64,000 nt of DNA, taken from positions 228,724-292,723 of IMG/VR virus record IMGVR_UViG_3300032053_000002. One strand, 5' to 3'. The notes beneath the pieces were generated by a model that saw only the letters and a program-made list of their open reading frames with translations, ran no database searches and was not told where the DNA came from. Positions 10,278 to 19,561 of the stretch are shown here, piece after piece; position 1 is the stretch's first letter, and each line of letters starts with the position of its first letter. A program made the translations under genes and the position numbers.

Positions 10278-11129
10278 TTATAAATATTTCTTCAGAAAGG
10301 TTATAAGTTTAGGAAGTTGTTCTTTTTTTATAAAAATTATTTCCCAGCGAGTTACTCCGTCCTGTTTCAGTACTATATCGTTTTCATTATCAACATACGC
10401 AATAATTGGCATCCCTTCCCCGACTTCTTTTGGATTGATGGTCTGCAAATCTTTTTTTTCTTTAATCAAATTTTTTAATTTCATTATGTTATCTCCCAGC
10501 CCTTTTTTCATTCTGAATCTTGTCGCCGCGGGAATCTCGCCAGGTAAGGCTCCAGGAACCCTATGTCGCGACCCCATTCCCGGCGGAACTTTTACGTTAC
10601 GTTTCAACATCGGCGACACCATGTGTTGAGCCCCCTTTTCAGAATCAGATCTTTCTTCACTTCCAACATAATCTTTTAGTGGAATGAACTGAATTTTATT
10701 TTTTCCGGCAGAAGAATCCCATTTATCGTTATTCCTTTTACTGTTGGGATTTATCATTTTTTCATGTTTACTTATAATAACTTCTATACGATATTTCGGG
10801 TCGTTAGAAATTTTTATATTTTTGCCAAGTTTTATATTTATTTCGGATTCCAGATCAGCGGCAACTTTTTTTATCATATTCTTTGGCGGATATTGCCAGA
10901 AAGAAATTATTTTCTTATTTGTCCATACTCTCCCAGGATATTTAAAATTTTCTCGATCTGCATGGGAGTGCATATCATCATAGTATTGACGAATATTATT
11001 ATGTGTCCCACTACTAACTCTCATTTTGTTTTTATAGTATCCAAAGCAAATTGCGCTATTGTCCCCCCAACTCAATCCCTTTTTGTCGATAAAATCCGGA
11101 CTTTCTAATATTTTTTTTAATTTAATCAT
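10278..11129 (-). CDS. Hypothetical protein with an internal second leader (MKLKNLIKE at 10484)
   Basis: 283-aa ORF with RBS; N-terminus MIKLKKILES. Confidence 0.7.
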   Translation of the reverse strand: MIKLKKILESPDFIDKKGLSWGDNSAICFGYYKNKMRVSSGTHNNIRQYYDDMHSHADRENFKYPGRVWTNKKIISFWQYPPKNMIKKVAADLESEINIKLGKNIKISNDPKYRIEVIISKHEKMINPNSKRNNDKWDSSAGKNKIQFIPLKDYVGSEERSDSEKGAQHMVSPMLKRNVKVPPGMGSRHRVPGALPGEIPAATRFRMKKGLGDNIMKLKNLIKEKKDLQTINPKEVGEGMPIIAYVDNENDIVLKQDGVTRWEIIFIKKEQLPKLITFLKKYL

Positions 11130-11153
11130 TTTTTATTTTCTCACCTATCTCCT

Positions 11154-11161
11154 TATAAATA
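11154..11161 (-). promoter_or_regulatory. Candidate late-promoter octamer TATTTATA
   Basis: 24 nt upstream of 11129. Confidence 0.6.
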
Positions 11162-11208
11162 TAAAGATTATTTGTTTTTTTAGAACCGAGTGTTTTTTTA
11201 TTTTTTTA

Positions 11209-11216
11209 TATTTATA
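11209..11216 (+). promoter_or_regulatory. Candidate late-promoter octamer TATTTATA driving kamA
   Basis: 31 nt upstream of ATG 11248; orientation flips with the gene. Confidence 0.6.
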
Positions 11217-11247
11217 CACTACGTTTAAAATAAAAGAGGGAATAAAA

Positions 11248-12345
11248 ATGGAAAGATGGCAAAAAATTCTGCAAAAAAGTTTAACGAAACCCGAACAAAT
11301 TGCTAAAAAATTTAATTTACCGTTATCGGAAATTCAACAAGTAAATAAATCATTTAAGACTCGTATCACTCCGCATTTCGCCGCATTGATAAAAGAAAAC
11401 GGCGACGCACTGTATCGTCAAGTTATACCTGATAAAAACGAATTATTAGAAGGAGATTCTGACGAAGACCCGTTAGGAGAAGACGGAGATTCTCCCGTCC
11501 ACAACATCGTTCATCGCTATCCAGATAGAGTATTATTTTTAATCAGCCATGTATGCGCATCTTATTGCCGTTTCTGCACGCGCAAAAGAAAAGTAGGCGA
11601 CGCATCAAAAATCAGTTGGAAATATGTTGATGAAGGGATCGAATATATCTCCAATCATTCGGAGATTCGCGACGTTATTTTATCTGGTGGAGATCCATTA
11701 CTTTTATCTGATGACAAAATAGAATATGTTTTACGAAAACTTCGGGATATTCCGCACATTGACATCATCCGCATTCACACGCGCGTTCTCGCGTTTTTAC
11801 CGCAGCGCATCACGGCGAAACTATTAAAAATGCTAAAGAAGTATCATCCACTGTTTATGAACGTGCATTTTAATCATCCAGACGAATTGCATCCGATGGC
11901 AGTTAAAGCATTAAATAGATTGTCAGATTCAGGAATACCGTTGGGGAGTCAAACCGTTTTGCTCAAAGGAGTTAATGATGATCCGATTATCATGAAAAAA
12001 TTGATGCAAAAGTTATTAAAAGCCAGAGTAAAACCGTATTACATTTATCAGGCCGATAGAGTGTTTGGAACGGATCACTTTCGTACTAGTGTTGAACGTG
12101 GTTTAGAAATTATGGAAAATTTAAGGGGGTGGACGTCGGGATTGGCGAATCCTTATTACGTAATAGACGCGCCAGGTGGTGGTGGCAAGATACCACTTTT
12201 ACCTAACTACGTTATTCGCCTCACCGATGATGAAGTCGTGTTGAGAAACTATAAAGGGAAAATGTTTAGATATAAACAATCTGATAACGAACAAATAAAA
12301 GTGGAAGAATTGATAGGCGAAAATTTAGACTTATCGTTGGTTTAA
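11248..12345 (+). CDS. kamA: KamA-family radical-SAM lysine 2,3-aminomutase
   Basis: HRYPDRVLF, CASYCRFC (CxxxCxxC), LSGGDPL, QTVLLKGVND, DAPGGGGK (PLP lysine); start reassigned to ATG 11248 after GAGGG RBS (365 aa). Confidence 0.93.
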   Translation: MERWQKILQKSLTKPEQIAKKFNLPLSEIQQVNKSFKTRITPHFAALIKENGDALYRQVIPDKNELLEGDSDEDPLGEDGDSPVHNIVHRYPDRVLFLISHVCASYCRFCTRKRKVGDASKISWKYVDEGIEYISNHSEIRDVILSGGDPLLLSDDKIEYVLRKLRDIPHIDIIRIHTRVLAFLPQRITAKLLKMLKKYHPLFMNVHFNHPDELHPMAVKALNRLSDSGIPLGSQTVLLKGVNDDPIIMKKLMQKLLKARVKPYYIYQADRVFGTDHFRTSVERGLEIMENLRGWTSGLANPYYVIDAPGGGGKIPLLPNYVIRLTDDEVVLRNYKGKMFRYKQSDNEQIKVEELIGENLDLSLV

Positions 12346-12653
12346 CGATCTACATTTTTTGGAATATCGTCGCCTATTAAAAACCGGTATGTAAAATTGG
12401 AATTTATTACGTCATAAAACAAAAGTCTGGCCATTGTCCATTCCGAGTTATCATACATACGCATTTCACCGGTAGATGTAATACTTTTTTTAATCCCGTG
12501 TTTTTTCATAACAGAATAAAACTTTTTTCGTAATGTCGCCAGAGAATCATCGTCCTTGATATTCATTTTAATAATATCTTTGGCGACATTTTTCATAAAG
12601 TCGTGTTTTTGCGTAGATAAACTATTCCAGGCCGCAAGTTTTGGCGTTTTCAT
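12342..12653 (-). CDS. Hypothetical protein
   Basis: 103-aa ORF, convergent with kamA, stop codons overlap. Confidence 0.6.
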   Translation of the reverse strand: MKTPKLAAWNSLSTQKHDFMKNVAKDIIKMNIKDDDSLATLRKKFYSVMKKHGIKKSITSTGEMRMYDNSEWTMARLLFYDVINSNFTYRFLIGDDIPKNVDR

Positions 12654-12654
12654 T

Positions 12655-12843
12655 TTATTTTCCTACATTTTTTAGTGGGCAACTTTTTTGAAAATCTCCC
12701 TTTCCAATAAAAAGAATCGGTATTCTGGCATCAACAGGTTCAAACATTAACCTTGTCCCATAGTCTTTAGATCCAATATATCGCATCGAATAAGTTTTTC
12801 CGGTTCGTTTATCAGTGAAAGTTATTATTTCTCCAATTTTCAT
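12655..12843 (-). CDS. Hypothetical protein
   Basis: 62 aa, tightly packed in operon. Confidence 0.55.
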   Translation of the reverse strand: MKIGEIITFTDKRTGKTYSMRYIGSKDYGTRLMFEPVDARIPILFIGKGDFQKSCPLKNVGK

Positions 12844-12844
12844 T

Positions 12845-13105
12845 TTATTCCTTTTCTATTTTTTCATATGGAAATTGCGTTTCCAAATCGTCATAAATAA
12901 CCAATTGACCACACAACAAACATCGGTCTTTTCTCTGTAAATGAAATGTGACAGCGTTTCGGCTAACCGGTAAAATCCCGTCTTTACACGCCGGACAAAT
13001 AGATTTATACAAGGAACTTTCATCGAGTCGTTCAAGTTCAGCATGATTTACGTGAATGGCTTCTTTATATATGTTTTTTGGAAATCCCGATTTCACCCTT
13101 TTCAT
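12845..13105 (-). CDS. Small zinc-ribbon protein
   Basis: CPAC...CLLC pair. Confidence 0.6.
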   Translation of the reverse strand: MKRVKSGFPKNIYKEAIHVNHAELERLDESSLYKSICPACKDGILPVSRNAVTFHLQRKDRCLLCGQLVIYDDLETQFPYEKIEKE

Positions 13106-13290
13106 TTTTTCGATTCCTTTATATTTATTTTTGATTCATTCGCCCACGCCAAGAGTATATATCCGGCGTCACGAAATATTTTTTTGGCTTCGAATTCACC
13201 GACTTTTAGTGCGTCCGACAGGGAATGAGCCGTATAATTAAAGGAAATTTTGCGACCCATGTAGGACGCTGTGATTTTGTAATCTACCAT
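13102..13290 (-). CDS. Hypothetical protein
   Basis: 62 aa; GAGGG RBS; first gene after a sigma70 promoter. Confidence 0.6.
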   Translation of the reverse strand: MVDYKITASYMGRKISFNYTAHSLSDALKVGEFEAKKIFRDAGYILLAWANESKINIKESKK

Positions 13291-13319
13291 TTTATTTAAC
13301 CCTCTTTTTTATTTAATAC

Positions 13320-13348
13320 AATATACAAAATTAAACACTAAAAGTCAA
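13320..13348 (-). promoter_or_regulatory. Sigma70-type early promoter
   Basis: Minus strand TTGACT-17 nt-TATATT. Confidence 0.8.
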
Positions 13349-13385
13349 GTTTAATTTTTATTGCGCTCATTTTTTAATTGTTCTC

Positions 13386-13577
13386 CTAATAGTCCCAAGG
13401 CATTTCTTGAAATCTTTCTCTGCCCTCTTTAATGGAAATTTCTAACAAGTCATAAATGGCGCCAGCGTCTTCAACCGATAAAATCACCATCATTTTTTTA
13501 TTCACATGAATTTCTTCTGATTTAAGTATGGCGCGTTTAAGTATATCCCTAGCAAGTTTTAAGTTTTCTAAAATCAT
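13386..13577 (-). CDS. Hypothetical protein
   Basis: 63 aa with GGAG RBS. Confidence 0.55.
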   Translation of the reverse strand: MILENLKLARDILKRAILKSEEIHVNKKMMVILSVEDAGAIYDLLEISIKEGRERFQEMPWDY

Positions 13578-13593
13578 CTCTTTATCTCCAAAT

Positions 13594-13887
13594 TTAATAA
13601 TAATATTTTTTTACTTTATGCCGGTATTTACGTCCAACAATTCCGACAACCAGCATAGCAACAACCGCCAAAAAACAAAACCCTAAATAATATGGAATAT
13701 ATGTTTCCAAAAAATTACCGACTTTTGGATAATCTTTCGCCAACGCAGACCCCATAAATAATACTCCAATTAAAATACTCGTCGCGAATGCTGTTATCAC
13801 ATATAAAATATCATCAAGTTTTTCGATAGTTTTACTTGAATATTCAGTAAAGTATTTCGCTCGTTTATGATTTCTTGGTTGTCTCAT
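13594..13887 (-). CDS. Two-TM membrane protein
   Basis: Two hydrophobic stretches; directly after a sigma70 promoter. Confidence 0.65.
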   Translation of the reverse strand: MRQPRNHKRAKYFTEYSSKTIEKLDDILYVITAFATSILIGVLFMGSALAKDYPKVGNFLETYIPYYLGFCFLAVVAMLVVGIVGRKYRHKVKKYYY

Positions 13888-13914
13888 CAGATTATAACCC
13901 TTTCTTTATAACAG

Positions 13915-13943
13915 AATATACCAAATTAAAGAGTAACAGTCAA
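13915..13943 (-). promoter_or_regulatory. Sigma70-type early promoter
   Basis: Minus strand TTGACT-17 nt-TATATT. Confidence 0.8.
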
Positions 13944-13996
13944 GTAAAAAATAATATATTTTTACCACCTTTTAACTCAATGTGGGGCAAATATAT

Positions 13997-14653
13997 TTAT
14001 CGTTTTCTCGATACCGATGACCTTCCTGAAGACCGATGGGATTGTGATACACTTTGTTTGCTTGTGTTGCCAGTGGGTCGCGTATGAACTTTCGGAGTGT
14101 TATTTTCAACCCTTTGTCTACTTAATGGTTTGAATTCGGAACGTGAACGGGTAGGCTCCTTTCTCTTAATCGTTCCACGAGTATTTTGTTTAGCGACTCT
14201 ATTTCCATTTAATTCGCGAGTATTGTTATAGATTCGTTCTCTTTTAATAGGTTGTCGCCTAATTTGTTGCGCCGTATTGGATATCTGAGTTCGGTGAGTA
14301 TTCATCGGGCGACGATCATAAAAAGAGTAATGATGGTTAGCAGCTAAATAGTGTGGGCGACTATGATAATAATGGTCGTGGTAATAATAGTAATCGGGAT
14401 AATAATATGGATAATAGTAATAATAATCAGGCCAGTAATAATACGAATAATAATATGGATAATAATAGTACGGAGCCCATCCCCAATAAAGTTCTAAATA
14501 AACTCGGGAATAACTTTCCGTGTCAACGCAGGTTACACTATCACTGTATACATCGTTGTCAGTCTGGGCGACAACCCACGGTGTGCAAGACGACAAAAGT
14601 AAACCTAACATCAATACAAATAATAATTTAATTTTCATGGCGACTTTCTCCAT
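13997..14653 (-). CDS. Lipoprotein with Tyr/Pro-rich and Arg/Ser-rich low-complexity regions
   Basis: Signal peptide with lipobox LLLSSC; YYYYPYYYSYYYWPDYYYYYP tract; start may be 14638. Confidence 0.75.
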   Translation of the reverse strand: MEKVAMKIKLLFVLMLGLLLSSCTPWVVAQTDNDVYSDSVTCVDTESYSRVYLELYWGWAPYYYYPYYYSYYYWPDYYYYYPYYYPDYYYYHDHYYHSRPHYLAANHHYSFYDRRPMNTHRTQISNTAQQIRRQPIKRERIYNNTRELNGNRVAKQNTRGTIKRKEPTRSRSEFKPLSRQRVENNTPKVHTRPTGNTSKQSVSQSHRSSGRSSVSRKR

Positions 14654-14664
14654 CTATTTACTAC

Positions 14665-14672
14665 TATAAATA
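14665..14672 (-). promoter_or_regulatory. Candidate late-promoter octamer TATTTATA
   Basis: Downstream of the cspA terminator, upstream of the lipoprotein gene. Confidence 0.55.
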
Positions 14673-14703
14673 TACTACAAATATCATACCAACTTTGAGA
14701 AAT

Positions 14704-14733
14704 AAAAAAAAGCCGCTTTATGGGCGGCTTTTT
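14704..14733. terminator. Intrinsic terminator after cspA (possibly bidirectional)
   Basis: AGCCGC-7 nt-GCGGCT stem with A-run on one side and T-run on the other. Confidence 0.85.
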
Positions 14734-14756
14734 CCAATCAACAAAAGATAAACGGC

Positions 14757-14960
14757 TTATACTATTACTTTAACATTTACAGCCTGTAAACCTTTTGCAG
14801 TTTTTTCAACATCAAATTCAACTTTATTTCCTTCACTTAAAGATTTGAAGCCATCGCTTACGATACTTTTAAAATGAACAAATACGTCTTCTCCCTCTTC
14901 GCGAGAGATGAAGCCAAAGCCCTTACTTGAGTTGAACCACTTTACGGTTCCTTGTTCCAT
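14757..14960 (-). CDS. cspA: Cold-shock protein
   Basis: [15 protein letters not shown] (RNP1), DVFVHF (RNP2), 67 aa. Confidence 0.95.
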   Translation of the reverse strand: MEQGTVKWFNSSKGFGFISREEGEDVFVHFKSIVSDGFKSLSEGNKVEFDVEKTAKGLQAVNVKVIV

Positions 14961-15044
14961 AGTTCTTCCTCGTTTGTTTATTGTTTCCGTTAATTACTCT
15001 ATAACTATTATACTCACATATAAGTAGTTAGTTCCCAATAATAA

Positions 15045-15052
15045 TATAAATA
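15045..15052 (-). promoter_or_regulatory. Candidate late-promoter octamer TATTTATA
   Basis: 84 nt upstream of cspA. Confidence 0.5.
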
Positions 15053-15064
15053 TATTTTTTCGGC

Positions 15065-15586
15065 TTACTTTTCTACGTAGAGTGGTGTTCTCGCACTTTT
15101 TTGAATTTCGGCTCTTTCTGTCATTCTTCCACGAGAATGCGCATGGCTAATAGCAAGATCCGACAATAAATGAGATTCCCACGCACCTGCGCAGTTTGTG
15201 TAGTTATACTTTTCAATCAAATCTATTGAGCCCATCGGATTCAAAAAACAATGAACTATTCTATGAAAAAGAGGCAGAATTTCATCTTCTTCATAAGTCA
15301 TAGCCAAAACCGAATATCCATGAAAAATTTGAAGGAAAACTTTTAGATATTTTTTGGTTATCTCTTGATCTTCCTCATAATCCGATATTAAGTAATATAC
15401 CGCCCTTTCATCCAGAAATTTAGTTATTCCTCTTACATATTTCCCTTTACACCGAATAACTGAAAAAGTTCCTTCATAAAAGAAATGCCAAGTATCATCT
15501 TTATGGAGAATTTTTTCATAGAGAGTCTTAAAAAGTTCTCTATCATAAATCGTAGTTTCTAGTAACTTTATTTCTTTTAATTCCAT
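15065..15586 (-). CDS. Hypothetical protein
   Basis: Start moved to MELKEIKLLE (15586), because the longer ORF overlaps the upstream gene. Confidence 0.6.
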   Translation of the reverse strand: MELKEIKLLETTIYDRELFKTLYEKILHKDDTWHFFYEGTFSVIRCKGKYVRGITKFLDERAVYYLISDYEEDQEITKKYLKVFLQIFHGYSVLAMTYEEDEILPLFHRIVHCFLNPMGSIDLIEKYNYTNCAGAWESHLLSDLAISHAHSRGRMTERAEIQKSARTPLYVEK

Positions 15587-15873
15587 CGTGTGCTCGTTCC
15601 CATTAAACCGGTTTCTAAACCTTGAATCCAGTGCGGTTCGCCATTTAGCCATTCTATTTCGTCGGGAATATCCCAAACAATATTGCCGCAATCATAACAC
15701 CGCGTTCCCATGGCTCCGACTCCTTGAGCACCGCCACCTAACGTATTTGAGCCACGGCGCCAATGTGAATACTTCAGTTTTGCTGAACCGCACTTTTTAC
15801 ATTTGGGCAATCTGAGATAGGCGACAATCGGTAAAAGAATAATAACTAAAACTACTAAGAGAAAAATATACAT
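15577..15873 (-). CDS. Membrane-anchored zinc-ribbon protein
   Basis: N-terminal TM, CKKC...CYDC; follows a sigma70 promoter. Confidence 0.65.
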   Translation of the reverse strand: MYIFLLVVLVIILLPIVAYLRLPKCKKCGSAKLKYSHWRRGSNTLGGGAQGVGAMGTRCYDCGNIVWDIPDEIEWLNGEPHWIQGLETGLMGTSTRWN

Positions 15874-15901
15874 AGGCGACTCCCCATTTTTATTTTAATA
15901 T

Positions 15902-15930
15902 AATATACAAAATAAAAAAGGAAATGTCAA
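15902..15930 (-). promoter_or_regulatory. Sigma70-type early promoter
   Basis: Minus strand TTGACA-17 nt-TATATT. Confidence 0.85.
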
Positions 15931-15938
15931 GGTTTATT

Positions 15939-17768
15939 TTACCTGCTATATATCAACTCATATTTTAGGTTTCCGCAATCCCAAACTCTATCGTATTCGT
16001 TTAGTTGCATATTTTGCCATTCGGTAAGGTTAGGATCGTATTTTTTTAATTTCTTATGTAAGACTTTTTTCCTAAAATTAAAACGATGTATTCTACTACT
16101 GCCGTTCATATTAAAATACCAATAACTAGGAGATGTTTCTGATACTTTTGTAAATCCCATCTTATTGTATAGATTGCTGCCGGATTTTGTCCAACGGCGA
16201 TCGGCGAAACTTATTATTTTTTCTGGAGAATATTCGCGCACAAAAAAATTGAGTAATTTACTAGCTAATCCATTTGACCGGACAGATGTTGCAAATCTCA
16301 TCAATTCATATTCTCCTTTATTTTTTCCAGACCCAACAGACCTTTTTGATTTTCCAAAAGTCATCACGGCAACCAACTCATTATCATAAAATGCACCTAA
16401 TTTTATTTTGGTATTGTCACTTCCTTGTATGTGATTTTCGTTTAGGAATTTGTTTTTTGATGCGTTGTCTATTTCTTTTATATCACAATTTCTAGCATAA
16501 ACTTTTCTGGTTTCATCGGACAATATGTATTCTAATCTGTTTTTTACTATATTTTGTTTTTCTATCCATTCATCTTCAAATATCTGAATTAAATGAATTC
16601 CCTTGCTCTCGGCTAATGAAGTCTTACTTAGATGATATTTTTTATCTTTGTTTCCATTTATTTCGGAATGCCAAAATATACCATTATATTCTATACCAAT
16701 TTTTTTATCTGGAATGTAAAAATCTAGCTCCTTCCCGTTCAATGTTTTTCTATCATTTCTTATTATTTCGCCAGAATATATTTTCTTCAAGAAGTTATTT
16801 ATTTCGTCTTCGGCTTTAGAAACACCGCTCCACAATAACGGATAACACGTTAAACATCTTGGAATGCGCCCATTTTCCAAGCTGCCAAAAAATATATTAT
16901 TGCACTTTTTACAACGAAATTCATATTTTTTATTTTTAACTCCCTGATAATCATTTAAGGTAAATAACACTTCAACGTATTCGCGTATTTTAGGTGAGCT
17001 TAAAAAATTATTATACACCGTTTCAAATAATGATTTTTTAATCTGCGCCATTCCTTCTTCGGTTTGAGTAAAAGAATTTGCACCGTATTTCTCTTGGTTG
17101 GTTTTCTTTATTTTTGCAACCATCATTTGTTTAATCATTGGGTCGTTAGCTTTCAACGATTGTAGTTTACTGGTTTTATTAGATGTGGTTTTTTTTATTC
17201 CATATTTAACAATGTAATCCAATGGCAAGATATTATGTTTTTTTAGATGAGTATTGCTCAATTTAAAAAAATGTTCTTGACAAATTTCGCATTTAATTCT
17301 ATTATCTGGAATTAGTAGTTTATCTTTTCTATCCTTTTTTATATGATATAATTTCCAGAGATATTTATATCGCGGGTATTTATTCAGAAAGTCGTCTACG
17401 TTTATGTTGTGAATACTTTTTAGATGCGCAGTAAACACGCCAGATTTATTCTGTGTATCAGAAGTTTTCCATTCTTGGCACATTGGGCAGGAAAAACTTT
17501 CTTTTTTAATCGCGTTCTTTATTATGAAATTTTCTATGAAAAACGGAGAATTGTGCAAAGATGTTGAATGTGTAGTCAATGCTCCAGATAAATTATTTAT
17601 ATCAATACTTTCCCAATCGCATAATTTACATTTTATTATTTTTGAATTATCGTTGATTTTCCTCTTTACTGTTCGTTGTTTATTATATTCTTTGTCGGAA
17701 AACTTGCATTCATTTGAACAGTATATTCTTTTTTTGAAAATTTCTTTTTTACATATCTTACACTTCAT
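15939..17768 (-). mobile_element. Homing endonuclease-like gene (zinc-finger repeats + PD-(D/E)XK nuclease + GNAT-like C-terminal domain)
   Basis: Many CxxC/C2H2 motifs; ELDFYIPDKKIGIEYNGIFWH; FLNENHIQG...YELMRFA...SFADRRW; start reassigned to MKCKICKK after AAGGAG. Confidence 0.7.
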
Positions 17769-17848
17769 TTTCACTCCTTTAGTAGTTATTTTGACCTTAT
17801 ATGTATAGATATGAAATAAAATAAAAAAAGTTCCATTTTTTGTAAAAT

Positions 17849-17876
17849 AAAAAACCCGCTCCGAAGAGCGGGTTTT
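17849..17876 (-). terminator. Intrinsic terminator after major capsid gene
   Basis: Minus strand CCCGCTC-TTCG-GAGCGGG-TTTTTT (UUCG tetraloop). Confidence 0.92.
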
Positions 17877-17913
17877 CATTAGATTTTATAGTTTAACTGT
17901 TAAGTGTCAGAAA

Positions 17914-19545
17914 TTAGACGGTTTCCAACCCATGAACTACTATTTTTCCGTAAAATTCCGGACGCACGATTTTCTTTGCGTATCGCGTCATAACCCCGCG
18001 TCTTGGCGTGAAGTTATCCGGGTCGTATACAAGAGGAGTCATGATTAATGGAATGTATGGAGCATAAACAGCGCCAGTTTCCAAGAAACTAGTTCCTCTG
18101 AATCCGACTAGAATTACGTTTTCAACCATATAAGGATTCTTATATACTGTAAAACGTGAATTCAACATACCGACTTTTTGAACGCCCATCGCGAACGACA
18201 TGGCGGTTCCATCAGTATCAGCCGCATATCCAGGAATAGATTCAATAATCGTAGCAATATCCGGTGATAAAACTATGAAGTTTGCACCACCGCGAAGAGT
18301 CAATTGATGAATCTTGTTGGATACTTTTTGAATCTTGTTGCCAAGAGTTTGATACCATTCGTTCTTTGTACCAGTGTGAGAAGTTGCATCATAGAACGAC
18401 GCTTTATCGGAAGAGATTTCCCACCCAGGAATGGCTGACCAGTATTCTTTAGTAACGGCATTCACCATTAACATATCAAGAATTTCGAGGTCAATTTCCA
18501 TACCAATATATTCGCTTAACAGAGCGGTAAGCTCGGCTTCAGCGTCTATTGAATGGTATGCATTCAAGTCTTGGGCAAGTTCAGGAGTCCATACGGCTTT
18601 CATCTTACGAGTTTTCGAGACGATGGATTCTTGAGCGACCGATAGGTCAATTTCAGGAATGTCAAGTTTTAATGCACTACCGGATTCAGACGTATCTTCG
18701 AAATCACCGCGAGCAGTAGCCGTTGGTTGTTTATGATAACGAATTACATACGAACTTCCAGAAAAATCAGTTAATTTGGCACTACCAGAAACAACCCACA
18801 TAATATTTGCACCGACAATTTTGGTAAATTGTGGCAAATAAGAATGAATACTACTACCAGAAACGGAAAATGCGCGAACGCCTTCCAAATCCAGATCGGA
18901 TAATGAACCGGTGTTATAGAAGATTTTTACTAGCTGGCCCGCAGAAAGTGAAGCTGAAACTAATCCGGTTGTAAAATCAATATCAGCGTATGCACACGCA
19001 GCAGATGCAAATGTATTTGTGGCAGCCGTTGCGCCCCAAATAGGTATACCACCAACACTAGTATCATTGACGGAATAACCGAATTTTCCAGCGCCATAGA
19101 GACCGCCGACCGTATCATCAGTTGTTCCCGGGGTTTTTCCAACACCTGAACCACCATATACGGATTTGTTCTGGGTAAACCCAGGTTGATGACCGCTTCC
19201 ATATTTAAAATCGATATAGAATACGAGTCCAGAAGGAAGATTCATCGGCTGAATAGAAACGAATTCCTTAGCAGCCACTTCGCCGAAAATACGGCGAACC
19301 AATGGAAGAGCGACACCAGACCATTGTTCAGCACCACCCCCGCCGGTTTGCGATACTTCATGCAATACCTGACGAGCTTGGTTTTCCAAAAGGATTGCCA
19401 TTCCGTATACTTCATGTTCTTTTTCCAGACCATCAAGTAAACCGGTTGGCTCCCATTTCTTTACTAAACCACGAGTCTGCTCAATAAGAGCGTCGTAAGG
19501 GTTTTTCCCTTCCATTAACTTTTTTAAGTTGAGCAATGTACTCAT
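17914..19545 (-). CDS. Major capsid protein (T4 gp23-like)
   Basis: LPLVRRIF...VSIQPMNLPSGLVFY, KTRKMKAVWTPELAQDLNAYHSIDAEAEL, YAPYIPL...FTPRRGVMTRYA. Confidence 0.96.
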   Translation of the reverse strand: MSTLLNLKKLMEGKNPYDALIEQTRGLVKKWEPTGLLDGLEKEHEVYGMAILLENQARQVLHEVSQTGGGGAEQWSGVALPLVRRIFGEVAAKEFVSIQPMNLPSGLVFYIDFKYGSGHQPGFTQNKSVYGGSGVGKTPGTTDDTVGGLYGAGKFGYSVNDTSVGGIPIWGATAATNTFASAACAYADIDFTTGLVSASLSAGQLVKIFYNTGSLSDLDLEGVRAFSVSGSSIHSYLPQFTKIVGANIMWVVSGSAKLTDFSGSSYVIRYHKQPTATARGDFEDTSESGSALKLDIPEIDLSVAQESIVSKTRKMKAVWTPELAQDLNAYHSIDAEAELTALLSEYIGMEIDLEILDMLMVNAVTKEYWSAIPGWEISSDKASFYDATSHTGTKNEWYQTLGNKIQKVSNKIHQLTLRGGANFIVLSPDIATIIESIPGYAADTDGTAMSFAMGVQKVGMLNSRFTVYKNPYMVENVILVGFRGTSFLETGAVYAPYIPLIMTPLVYDPDNFTPRRGVMTRYAKKIVRPEFYGKIVVHGLETV

Positions 19546-19561
19546 TGTTTTTCTCCTAAAT

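Noticed and set aside
11059-11247. 63-codon N-terminal extension of the kamA ORF (likewise the extensions of the 15939 and 19562 ORFs)
   Set aside because: These overlap intergenic promoter or terminator DNA, read as low-complexity F/I/L/K sequence, and better RBS-led ATGs lie downstream.
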